A stretch of 62,251 nucleotides of DNA, counting the filler, from Kipferlia bialata (Eukaryota): the NCBI GenBank assembly GCA_003568945.1. It is 6 parts of 6 records of this genome, joined end to end, with 100 filler letters (N's around TTAATTAATTAA, not from the genome) between each part and the next. Parts side by side here need not be neighbours in the genome. Positions count along the whole stretch, not along the records: positions 1 to 9,607 come from BDIP01001137.1; positions 9,708 to 21,755 come from BDIP01001138.1; 4 more parts are not named here. The stretch is one strand, 5' to 3'. Numbering within the stretch: the first letter of the stretch is position 1; every line of letters starts with the position of its first letter. Shown here piece by piece: positions 1 through 12,700 of this stretch. The notes under the pieces are model-generated. The model was given only the letters and a program-made list of their open reading frames with translations. It ran no database searches and was not told the origin of the DNA. The position numbers and the translations under genes are program-made.

Positions 1-75
1 TATATGTTAGTCACTGCAAGTACCCCCCCCCCCCTACCCCCTCCCCCCCCCCACACACACACCTTCTGACCCTAG

Positions 76-3000
76 GTCATCGACCTGGGCCTTGAGTTCC
101 AGTGCGAGATCACCATGGAGGGCGTCGGCCCTGGGTGCCACGTGACCGTGTGCAGTGTCGTCTACCTGCCACACATCGGGTGTGGCGAGATCCTTGCTGA
201 GGTACACACACTGGTTCATACACTTATATATCTATGTATACTGCGGTTGGTTGAGTCAACTCATCCCCAGGGTGAGACTGACGAGAACGGCGTGTTCCTC
301 GCCTCCCTCCCCGGCTCCACAGGCCCTGTTGTCTACGTCACCATCGACCCCTGCCAGCCATACCTCAACGGTGAGTGTGGTGGTATATATATATATATAT
401 ATATCTATGCCTAGTGTACTGCTGTCTCTCACCCCCAGAGGCCCCTCCCTACTACCTCGTCGGCATCCCCCCCTATGGCGCCATCTCCACCACCCTCGAC
501 GTGCCCTGCGACCTCCTCAACCTCTCCGGCTGCGTCACCTCCCTCCTCACTGGTGAGGCCATCGAGAACGCCCTGGTCTGCGTCGAGTGCGAGCCCTTCA
601 ACCTCTACGACGAGACTGACCAGAACGGCGAGTTCGACATCAACCTCGCCACATGCGGCATGCCAGGCGACATCATTGTCGTCACAGCCAGCGCCGAGGG
701 CTTCGAGGACGTCGTCATCGACTACCAGACAGACCCCGTCGAGCCAGACAACGTCATCTGCCCCATCGAGCTGCCCTGCGACTCCAGGTACATACTCTCT
801 CTCTCTCTCTCTCTATCCTTCCCCCCCACCCCCCTCCTCTTACCTGTAGGTGCTTCACAGGCATCGTCATCGACAAGGACTCAGAGGAGCCCATCGCCGG
901 AGCCACCGTCGTGCTCTACGACGACGCCGAGCCCCCCGTCGAGATCGGCAACACCGTCACCGACGAGGACGGCTACTTCGAGCTGTGCATCCCCGAGACC
1001 ATCCCCATGCATGCCGCCCTCACCATCGTCTTTGACGCTGAGCTCTACGGAGAGCGCACCTTCGGCTTCTTTGCCCCAGGTATGGTCCTATGTAGTTTGT
1101 TAATAGTGCATTCATCTTGAAGTGCACCCACCTCAGGCTGCGAGGACATCCCCATGGTTGTCGAGCTTGACTGCGACACCATCGAGCTGTGCGTCAAGCT
1201 TGAGTGCTTCGAGTTCCCCGTCGCCGGCATCGAGCTTGAGATCATCACCGACAAGCAGGACAGGTTCTCTCTCGGATACACCGACGAGCTCGGCGTCCTC
1301 TGCGCTGACCTCCCTGCCTGCCTCTCCGGCCACGTTGTCGACGTCATTGCTGACAATGTGCCAGAGTGCTGCGTTGAGCCTGTGATCCCCCCCCTGGAGG
1401 AGCCCGAGTGCATCGGAGAGGAGTGCAACGACGAGTACTCCGGCAAGGTACAGCGGCTGTTTACCTTTTATCACTACTCCTTGTGTGACTGTACACTCAC
1501 CCCAGGGCTACTACGACCCCTGCTACGGTCCCGACTGTCCTCAGATCCCTGACGGTCTCGACCCTGTTGGAGGCGCCGGCGATTGCCCCGTCCTCGTTGA
1601 CCTGGGACAGAGCATCTGCCTCGAGTGCGGCACCAACTACCTGAACATGACTGCTGAGGGCTGCTGCGACGAGTACGTGTACCTATTACACTACTAGACA
1701 AGATATGCTGTATCCTATCCACCTTCCTCTCACCCTAGGGACGTGCAGTCTGAGATCAAGGTTCAGGTGCTGGACGGTGTGACTGGAGAGCCAGTCTACA
1801 AGGCCCATGTCATCTGGTATGACCTGCTCACCGGCAAGAAGGTACGCACAGGGTGTATAACTGTACGAGGCCTAGTACCCTAATGTGTGTCTCTGACCCT
1901 TAGGTTGACTATGCCAAGACCGACTACCACGGCAAGATCTACTACGAGATCGACCCCGAGGAGACCAAGTGCCCCTGCCAGGACGACGACCACGACGATG
2001 ACTATGATGATGACAGTGACGACGATGAGTACAGGCGTCCCAAGTGCGGGTCCCAGTGGCAGGGTATCGAGATGGGCGGCCTCTACCTGATCAAGGTGAT
2101 CGACCACGAGTTCCACGACCAGACCTCCATCATGTACATCCCCCACGGCTGCTCCAGCCTCTTCAGGAAGTTCTACATGGAGTGCTGCGAGGCCAAGATC
2201 TCTGGGGTGGTCAAGGACGAGAACTGGCACCCCATCGCTGACGCCAAGGTCATGGCCTACGACCTCAACCCCGAGGTCTACCCCGGTGAGTGGTGGATGT
2301 GTCTCTATACCATACCATAATGTACTTGGTTCTATGAGTATCTCACCCTCAGAGGCCAAGCTCCTGGGTCAGGACGTGACTGACCTCGGTGGCGACTGGT
2401 CTATCAGGATGGTCGACATCGGTCAGGACGAGGTGGGTGCACTTATGTATATAGTGCATATACTACATTCTCTCTTACACTGTCTCACCTTCAGGTGTGG
2501 GTTGTGATCCTCGCTGAGGGCTACGCTCCATCTGTCTCCCTCCACTACATGAAGTGCGGCTACCTCTGCCTCGGTGTCTTCAAGCTCGTGTGCACAGACG
2601 ACATCGCTACTATCCAGTTCGTGCGTGACTCCCCTGTACCCCTCGAGCCCAGGTTCGTGGGTGGAGTGTGGTACGTGGCCACCAACAAGCAGCCCCCCTT
2701 CGCCGTTGAGCCATTCTTCGACCCCGAGCTGCTCATCCAGGTGTGTGACATTGTATACTACACTATGCCCCCCCCCCACACGCATACACTGTATAGCCAC
2801 CCCTGACCCCTCAGGAGGGCATGTCTGACTACATGGGCAAGGCTGACATTGAGCTACACAACGTCCAGGGCGAGAGATGGGTGCTCGACGCCCACAAGGA
2901 CAACTACGACGAGATCCACCACTCCTTCACCACATGCAGGTGCCCCATCGAGGACCTCCAGGTATATCATTACTATCTATATATATACTTATACTATTCA

Positions 3001-6000
3001 TATATACTGACCTTCAGGTGCTCATGCCCTGCTCCGGCACATGGATCTCTGGCTACGTCACCAACAACGGAGTCCCCATGGTGGACAAGGCAGTGGAGGT
3101 CTCCTCCGACGAGGGCGTGCTTGTTGCCACTGTCCGCACCGACGACATGGGCTACTACGTCGCCTACCTCCCCAAGGACTTCCAGTTCTCCCCCTACGTC
3201 ACCATCAAGGTCATCCTCAACTGCGAGCAGTACTGCTCCAAGGTGGTCTTCCCTACCTGCGGACCGAACGTGGAGGATATCGAGGTGGACTTCCTGTCTG
3301 TCCTCATCTACGGACACGTCTTCGACCCAGTCACCGGTGCTCCTATCAAGGGAGCACTTGTGGAGATCATCAACCCTTACACACACGCCGTCATCGGAAG
3401 CGAGCTCACCGGCAACAACGTACGTTACGTCTCATTGGATTCGTGAATCATTATTATACTAACCCCTCCCATCCCCTCCCCTCCCCTCTCTCACCTTCAG
3501 GGTCACATCACCCCCATCTCCGTGCCCACCCTTGCCTACGTCGAGTACCGCATCAGCGCTGATGGACGCACCCCCGTGGCTCTCTCCACCCTCCTGCCCC
3601 CATGTGGCTCCATCGTGCTGCACCAGGGTCTCTACTGTGACGGTGCTCAGCTCAGGATCCTCGTCAAGGATGTCCTCGACAACCCCGCTGACATGATCCC
3701 CGTTGATGTGTATGCCAACGGAGACCTGCTGCGTGAGGGATACACCGAGGAGGATGGCTACGTCACCTTCGAGGTTGACTCCATCTACAACTCTGGCAGG
3801 ACCACAGTCACCGTCGTGGTGGGCTCTGGCGGTGTCTTTGACGTCCTCACCCTGCACCGCGACGTTGAGCTGACCTGCGGCCTCACCGAGGAGGAGTTCA
3901 TCGTGCAGTGCGAGTGCAAGGGCAAGGAGCTGCTGATTGCCGTGCAGAACGCCGCAGACGAGTGTCTGTCCGCCGTGATCCGCACCTACTACATCGACGA
4001 GGAGTGTGGCAACGAGGTCACCATCGACATCGACTACTACAAGGACGGCAAGAAGCACGACTACGGAAGGTGCGACGGCGGCAAGAACGACCCTAGGAAG
4101 CTGACTGGCGAGTACGCCATGTCTTACTCTGAGGAGATGTTCGCCAAGTTCGACAAGCGCTACGACGGAGACTGGGGTTGCAGGTACGGGTGCCACTACG
4201 AGAAGGTCAACATCTCTGCCCTGGAGCCAGGCACCAAGGTGTTTGTCGAGGTCACCCCCGTCAGCAAGGACTACTACATGGGCTACAACAAGAACGGCAG
4301 GAAGGACATGTACAAGAAGAAGTTCGAGTACATGCCCACCACCGTCTGTGCCTTCGTGCCCTTCTGCGGATGCGTCAAGGTACATTGCATCTACCTATAT
4401 ATAGACACTTCTTACATATGTGGATATGTTTAGTCTCATACTAGGTCGTTGCCGAGCTTGAGTGCCGCGACGCCCCTGTCTTCTGCCTCGAGGTGCTCGA
4501 CTGTCACGCCAAGGGCCTGCTGGTGCGTATGCACATATATCAGTATGCTCTTGGCATCTATACACCTATCCATACACCTCTCCATATACCTCTGACCCCC
4601 AGTACAAGTGGGGCGGAGAGGGCATCGAGGGCATTGCCGTCCAGATCTTCAACGAGGAGTGGGACTCTCTCGAGGGAATCACAGGTCAGGGCATATGTAT
4701 GAAACATAGTCTCTCTCTCTCTCTTATCTCTCATGTTCTGCTAACCATAGGCTCTGACGGTCTGGCATGCTTCGACCTCGAGGGCTTCGCTGAGGTTGGC
4801 GACAGGATTGTTGCCCGCTACAGTGACGACGACTACTACCCCCAGTGGCCTGTCTGTGACATCACAAAGTATGTGGCTGTCCAGTGTGTCTCAGTCTCTA
4901 CCCTTGCTCTCTCTAACACCCCCTCACCCCTAGCTGTGGTCTGAACATCGAGACTGTGTACCCCAAGTGTGACGTCGGTGTCACCCTCACCGTCAACGTG
5001 GAGCTCGCTGACCTCATGGTCGTCGACTGGCCCGTGGGTGATGGTAACGAGGTTCTTGTGGATCTTGTGTGCTGCGACGACCTCGACAAGTACTGCTGCA
5101 ACACTGCCCCCGTCATCGATGGTGTTGCTGTCTTCGAGAACGTCGATACCTACGCATGCCTCGGCAAGGAGATGGTCATCCGTGTGCGCCTTGAGAAGCT
5201 CGATAACACCGACTACGAGTGCTACATCCACGAGATGGAGGAAATCGACTACAGCTGCCGTTGCAACGATGAGGTTCCCGAGTTCAGGACCACACAGTAC
5301 TTCGACTTCTGCTATGAGATGCCATGGTACGGTCGCATTACTCACCCTCTGTATCTTATTGATTATCGCTCCATATCCTCTCATATCTAGCTGTGGCGAG
5401 GCTGAGACCACAGTTGTGGTGCCCTGCTACTGCACTGACAAGGGATCCATCACAATTGAGAACCAGAGTGGTGAGGTGAGGAACAGTAGTGTTCTTCAGT
5501 ATGGCTCTGATCTGTTTCTTCTGACTTCCCAGATGTTCACTGCCAACGCCACCAAGCTCTCCAACCCCAACCTGACCGAGACCATCCAGGAGATCGGTGA
5601 CATCGACTCTCCTTTCGATGAGGACATCATGCTTGAGGAGCAGTGCTTCGCCCGTTACACTGAGACTGTTCTGAGGTGAGGAGTCTGTATCGGTTCGATT
5701 TTGCATGACTACACAGTTACTCAATGACACAATCAATATATCTCACATCAGCTACGAGTACGAGCAGGGAGACATCCCCGTGTACACTGTGTACAGAACA
5801 TACCCTCTGGAGTGCAGCATGGACAACGAGATCGAGGAGATCGTCCCCACCAGGGACGAGTGCCTTGCTAACCTCAACACCTGGACCATCGGTACGTGTG
5901 TCTATACTCTTACTGTACCTTATCCCTCTCTCTGTACATACCTCACCCCCAGAGGTCTATGACGAGACCGGCACCCCCCAGGTCAACGCCATCATTGAGG

Positions 6001-7521
6001 CCACCCTCGACCCCCTGGCCCCCATCTACCCCGACATCGAGGCCCTGGGTGTCTACACCTTCCTCGGCACCTCTCTACAGCACGGTACATACGACTTCAC
6101 AGTCGCCAAGGAGGGATACGTCACGGTACGTCATGTAAGGTTCCTCCTTCTATCTCTTCTACAGTGTAGTCGCTCACCCCAGGTTGTCTCTGACCAGTAC
6201 ATCCCCGTTGCTGTCAACGCCTGCTACAACATTGTGCGCACCATCACCCTCGTCCCCGCATGCTACTTCATCGACCTCGACATTATCGACATAGCTGACT
6301 TCGACAAGAAGTACTACGGAATGGTGCTAGACAAGGTGCCCCTCCAGGACTTCACCCTCTGGAACGGCGCCCTCGGCCTTCTGCCCATGCAGAACGTGGT
6401 TGAGAACAGGACAGGTCTCGACGGAGGTTAGTAGGGCCAATTGTCATATATCCTATATTCTTTAGTGACACAGAAGGCAATCAGATCTCCCCCTCACCCC
6501 CAGACTACCAGACTCGCCTGATGTCCGGTGGCAACACCTCCTTCGCCCTCGATGCCGGTGTCCTCGACAACGGATACGATGTGAGTGACCCATTATTCCG
6601 CAACCGTACTATATGTGTAAGTACATATGTATCCACCCACCCTCACCTCTAGGACATCCCCGCCATCTTCACGGTGCCAGGCAGGAACTGCACCTGTGCC
6701 GACTGCCAGCTCTGTGACTGCTGCATCTGTCCTGAGGGAGAGGACTGTAACTGTGATGACACTGACTGCACAAAGAGGGGAGGATGGGGATGGGGCTGTG
6801 ACCCTCTCGACAAGTGCCCCGAGCAGGAGTGCGACACCAAGGTCTGCCACGGAGTGCCCAAGAGCATCGGCGACAACGTACGTACACACACACATATATA
6901 CATATACTATGCACTGTATAGGTATATGTCTAGTCCATGCCTGACCCCTAGGAGTTCCTGATGGTCGTTGAGATGGACGTCGTCGAGTACGACCTCAACA
7001 TCGACTTCGTCGCCAACTTCGACTATGCATGCTGCTCCGAGACCCTCTCCTGCCTCGACGACCCCGAGATCATCGTCCCCGATGATGTGGACGACGAGAA
7101 CGGATACAAGCTCGACTTCGGATGGCCCAACCCTCCCCCTCCCCCCAGCTGCGAGTGCGACCACTGCGACCGGTCTATCTTCTACTGCACACCCAACTTC
7201 TTCTGTGGAGAGTTTGAGGCCAAGTGGGAGATCCTGCCTTGCGACGAGAGGTGCATCCTGGCCGTCTTCCGCTGGACATCCCTCTCCGACGAGACGTGGG
7301 AGGATGTGAAGGACAGATGGACATTCACCGTTGAGAACATGGAGCCTGAGGACAAGGCCGAGCGCATCTACACCTACCAGACCGGCAACGGCACATTCTC
7401 CGCCAACGGATGGACCACCTCCTTCCCTGCCCAGATTGTGTACGACCTGACTCAGTTCGCCAACGGCACCACCCTGGAGCCCACCATTGAGTCTCAGCTG
7501 CCTGAGCCCATCCCTGTGTAG
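76..7521 (+). CDS. Large Cys-rich acidic protein with repeated carboxypeptidase-regulatory-like (prealbumin-fold) modules; about 25 short introns; 5'-partial
   Basis: Exons join in frame across GT-AG introns (e.g. 76-201, 271-370, 439-787) with strongly C-ending codons. Repeated motifs such as FTGIVIDKDSEEPIAGATVVLY...TVTDEDGYFEL and ISGVVKDENWHPIADAKV. Stop TAG at 7519-7521 after EPIPV. Confidence 0.8.
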
Positions 7522-7781
7522 AGAGAGAGAGAGAGTGAGTATGCGGTAGGGTGAGTGTCTGAAGGATCACTTTGGACTTCACCTAGCGTGATGAGAAATA
7601 GATTGAGTTTAAAGGCTGTCTTTTACCAGTGATATGCAGTATAGTATTACCTGAAGACCTCTTCTGCATATATATATAATGAATCGATAATTGATCAAAG
7701 TACCACCTAATATCCCACTATGTTATGTTCTATTGGGTTCATATTGTACATCAAAGTGGCACTCAAGACATGACCATAGCA

Positions 7782-9537
7782 TCACCACCTCTTGTGCTCC
7801 AGACCGACCCATGCCCCGGCCACACCTGCAGTGAGAGAGGAATACACATTATAACCCATGAGAGAGTGCTAGAGTGTAGTGTCAGTACATAGTCATCCCA
7901 TCTACACCTCTTTCCATACCTGGCTGAGTGGCCTTTGTGATCCTTGGTATTGTGATTGGGTGCCCATCGTCTGATATGGCACCTAGAACAGCAAAGCATG
8001 CAGCCTCTCTGGCCTCAGACGGTACCTGAGTGTCGTCACTACGCTAGGGGTAAGAGCCACAGGTACACGGTACATATACATACTGGTATACACCTTGCTA
8101 GCAGTATAGTATATATATGTATATACGCTATATACCTGTAGTGTGAGTCCTGGGCACAGTGCCCCTATCCTGTCAAAGAGCAGTGTGTGTCTGACCCCTC
8201 CTCCTGCCACTATGCCATGGACAGTACCCACTCTGCTCAGCTCACCAGCCACCATACCAGCCACCACCTCCACACCACTCCTCAGGATGTCAGAGGGGGA
8301 GGGAGAGGACGGGAGGGCGAGGCATGCGTCGGTCAGCTTGCGGATGCTGCTCTTGTGATACAGCTCTCTACCTGATAATTAGACCAGGACTCCGCTCACA
8401 GCAGGAACTATTAACTAATGACATAATAGGTACCTAGAGACACTGCCCCGGCCGTGTTGCTTGTCACATAGGCTGTCAGCATGTCACATACGGTCTGGTC
8501 TACGGAACCGGCCCTGGCTGCATCTCCGTTGTTATCGTATGGGAGGTCTAGCAGACACTCACAGAGACCTGATGTGAATAGTTGGAGAAGGGCAACAAAA
8601 GGAAGATACTATCAACATTAGCACAACAACCCATACTATATACGCATCCACTCACCATTGAGGAGAATGTTGCATGGACACACATCCTGCCCTGAAACCT
8701 CGAGTGCCTCCCCCGGCCTTGTCACGAAGTGGGTTTGGTTGCAGATGCCACCCAGGTTGATGATTGAGACAGTTCCCTTGGTGCTGTCACACCCATAGAG
8801 TATGGGGTCGGCAATGGGGGATATAGGTGCACCTGAGAGTCAGAATGTAACGCTCAACTCTCTTTCGCTAGAGCGTGTCATAATAGTAGTCTTAGTACCG
8901 TACCCTCCCCCCCTGCTATGAGGTCTGCCTGTCTAAGGTCATAGAGCACGGGGACACTGCACTGTCTGACTACAGGCCAGGGGTCAAAGAGCTGGAGGTG
9001 AGAAGGTACAGGGTCAAGTATACTGACTAACAACTGTGACGGTATCGAGTATATGGTATATCTACTAGGCCTAGTAAGGTGACAATGTGACAAGCACTAC
9101 CTGGAAAGACAAGTTCTCCTTAGGTTCATGGTGTATGGTCTGACCGTGTGCCACTACAAAGTGAATGGCCTCTCTCTCTCCCTCCTCCCCACCCTCTCTG
9201 CCCTCCATCCAGGTCTGTCCCTCCTTGGTCATGTCGGCATACACCTGGCCTGGCAGTCAGGTACAGCAATACTAGTAGAGGATGAAGGGTCAGGCATATA
9301 CACACCTAGACCCCTAGCTGCCCTTAGGAACTCCACAGGGGCAGTGGGGGTACCCTCGGCCAGAGACCTTAGGTAAGGAAGAGAGAAGAACGCTATATAT
9401 AGAGACATACATACAGGGATGGAGGGGAGACTTCACCTGAGCCTGGTTACCAAGTCTGGGGGCAGGGGCATGGAGTAGTGGTGCAGGAGAGTGGTGGAGT
9501 AGCTGGGGTACTCCCCCTCAATGCGACAGATGGCTCC
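7782..9537 (-). CDS. anmK: Anhydro-N-acetylmuramic acid kinase (AnmK / levoglucosan kinase family); 5'-partial at scaffold end
   Basis: Manual splicing of 9 minus-strand exons gives family motifs in order: VAHGQTIHHEP, FQLFDPWP...YDLRQADLIAGGEGAPISPIAD, IINLGGICN, GQDVCPCNILLN, PYDNNGDAARAG, SLGRELY, VAGGGVRH, EAREAACFAVLG. Stop TGA at 7784-7782. Confidence 0.9.
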
Positions 9538-9607
9538 TGGGTGAGAACACGTATACATTAGGTGGGGGGGGGGGGGGGGGGGGGGGGGGCCAAAAAAAGT
9601 ATTATGG

Positions 9608-9707
9608 NNNNNNNNNNNNNNNNNNNNNNNNNNNNNNNNNNNNNNNNNNNNTTAATTAATTAANNNNNNNNNNNNNNNNNNNNNNNNNNNNNNNNNNNNN
9701 NNNNNNN
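9608..9707. other. Artificial scaffold spacer N44-TTAATTAATTAA-N44
   Basis: Exactly 100 nt with stops in all six frames; identical at five places. Confidence 0.97.
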
Positions 9708-9740
9708 CTATGTATATATGTATGTGCTGATACTACCTGA

Positions 9741-12700
9741 CTACGAGTACATGACCACACAGTTCAGGTGGGTGTATTTGCATAGGTCTTTGTATGAATA
9801 CATATTTTCTATATGTTTACATATTGTATATATACCCTTACCATACGTTATGTGAATATCCGTTGCTGTTACTGTTACATACGAGTACATGACCACACAG
9901 CTGAGGTGGGTGTATATAGTATATATATATAGTATATAGTATATATATATAGTATATATATAGTATATATAGTATATATATATATATATCAATATGACCA
10001 CACAGCTGAGGTGGGTGTATATACCCTTACTGTTTTCTCTCTGCACCTCTCTCATCCCTAGGGGTCTGCCCTCCGAGTGTCCATAAGAATAGTATGTATA
10101 TTTATATATATATATATGTGTGTGTGTATGTGTATATCTTATGAATATGTCCCAAATGCTCTCACCCCTAGGGGTCTGCCCTCCGAGTGTCCAGTTGCAC
10201 TTCAAGTACCTACACCAGCTGGGGGTCTACTACTCCAGAGGTATGAATTGTGGCCACATATAATACAATACACCAGTTTGGGGTATATAGTATAGTGTGT
10301 ATATCTAGTGTATACTTATACAGTGTATTATAGTATAGTGTTGTATTCTCATACTCAGGCTTGTCATCCAGGAGAACGAGCAGCGTCTCGTTGCCTCCAG
10401 GCCCAGTCTACCCCACTACGGGACACTCCTGTCAGGTGGGGATATCTCTACCTGAATTGACCACCACCCCTCTGTTACATTCATGTGTGTAATATTCATA
10501 TATAAGTGTTCCCCTTACCTTACCCCAGGCCCCAAGGGCTCTGTCTCCCGTGTCTCAGCAGAGCAGGGCCCTGACAGGTCTCTACCCCCCGAGCTAGTGA
10601 TCGGTGACCCAGAGTCACTTCTGGAGACGAGGTCCCTCCTGTACCCACTCCACTACCCCATATACAGAAAGGTAAGCAAGTCCCATCTCTCACATTTACT
10701 CTCTCCCTCTCTCCTCTCTCCCTTCTGACTGTCAGTGGTGGCCCTACCTCTCCCTGTACATGACATCCCCCCAGATGTGTCTGCTGCTGACCGCCTTCAG
10801 TGTCTGTGTCAGGTAAGGCTTTTCAAATTCTAAACCGCGTGTATCTACATGCGCCTACAGTTACCATTGGTTTAGAAGACCCCAACTTTCCTCTACAAGT
10901 CCATGAACACTGCCGCGGGTAGGTATTCTACAAATGTCTGACCCCTAGCTTTGCCCTCAAGGCCCTTAACACTGTTGTTGGGGAGCTCAACTCCTCCCTG
11001 CCTGCCGATGCCCTGGTCAGTCGGACCATACCCGCCAAGCCAGTCGAGATACAGGTAATAGAGTAGTATATAGACATAGATACTTGTACATATCCAGTAT
11101 TACTATGTGATCCCTAATGTCTAGGTCCCTGTGAAGAGGGCCTCCCGTGCTGCCTCTCGGAGGCATAGGTCGAGGACTGACCCCCATATGGCTAACGTGG
11201 GCACTGCACCCATAGCAACACCGAAGACCACCAGCAAGAGCCATAAGAAGAAGGTGGCAGTGGCTGTGCCTGAGGTACCTGTAGCCAAGGTGGAGACCAA
11301 GCCTCCTGTAGTGGCTACCACTGTCACTGTCACTGCACCTGCCCCTGTAGTACCCGCAGTGCAGCCTGTGCCTATTGCCCAGGCTGTCAAGGTGGAGACT
11401 GTACAGGCACCATCTGCAGCACCTACTACTGTTACAGCACCTGTAACCACACAGCCTACTGTCCCTACTGCCACTCTCACTAAGACTGCTGGTGCTAGCC
11501 TAGCCGCTGTCGCCAAGGTGGAGCCTCTCGCATCTAGTACCTCTAGTACCTCTAGTGCCTCTAGTGCACCTGCCCAGCCTCTCCCTACCCCTGTCCCTGT
11601 CCCCACTGTGACTGAGGTACCTCCCAAGGCACAGGCACCCTCTGTTCAGACTGTACCTGAGGTCACTGCCGCTGTAGTAGAGACTGGGGATGTGCAGATG
11701 ACTGCATCTACCCAGCCAGAGACAGCCCCTGCCACTGTCACAAGTGGCGATGCCCCAACTGAGGTGGTCACTACAGCTGCACCTGCTGCTAGTGTGGCAG
11801 CCCCTGCTGAGCCTACCTCTAGTGTCACCCTCCCTGTCCCAGAGACACGCACTGCTCCCACTGTAGCCGTGGCTCCCACATGCACTGTAGAGCATGCACC
11901 TCCTGCTACTGCCATCACAGAGAGTGTCGGTGCTGTACAGCCCCCCATTGAGGTTACCCTCCCTGCCCCTGTGCCAGTTGAGGCACCTGTACCAGTCTCT
12001 CTCCCAGAGACCACTACCTCAGAGGCTGCTGCCACAGGAGATGTGGACATGGTATCTACTACACCCACGGATACACATGTACAGGAGGTCCTAGCAGCAA
12101 CTGTGCCTGTAGCACTGCCTGAGGGTGTGGCTCCCTCCATCCCTTCAGGGACTGGAGAGACTGTGCCTGTCACTGTACAAGGCACCACTGATGTCACAGC
12201 CACCCAGGGACCACAGGCTGTGGTCAGTCTCCCACAGGTGACCAGCACTGCTCCTGCTCTCCCAACCCAGGGTGCCCCTCTGACTGTTCAGCTGCCCACC
12301 CCCCTAGGGTCAGTGTCCACCCCTGTGCCAGTGGCAGAGGGTACAGGCACTGTCCTCCCTGCCCCTGCCCAGCCCTCTGTCCTGTCTGACCCCATGCTCT
12401 CAGTCACCCAGGCACCCACCCTCTCCATCATGCTGCCCTCACCCGTACCCTCACAGTCTGTGCTGCCAGTACAGGGAGAGGCCACCAACACGGTCACAAT
12501 CCCTCCCTCCCAGCTGTCGCAGCAGGTGCCAGCCCCTATGCCCCAGGTTACGGTACCCCCTGTACCGGTCGAGGCTGCCCCTCTGCCTGACCCCTTCCTC
12601 CCCGTCCCCAGTCCCTCCAAGGACACTGACTCTACAGTGTGTGCACCCCCCTCTCCCTCGTCCCACCCCCTCCCCACCTCTGTGCCCGTGTGCCTACCTA

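Noticed and set aside
3459..4385. Long antisense ORFs (also 1880-2359, 28636-29382, 38483-39109)
   Set aside because: Shadows of codon-biased real exons on the opposite strand.
9741..10295. Tyr/Ile-rich and Leu/Ser-rich ORFs here and throughout the track
   Set aside because: Translations of (TA)n, (CT)n and (CA)n intronic microsatellites.
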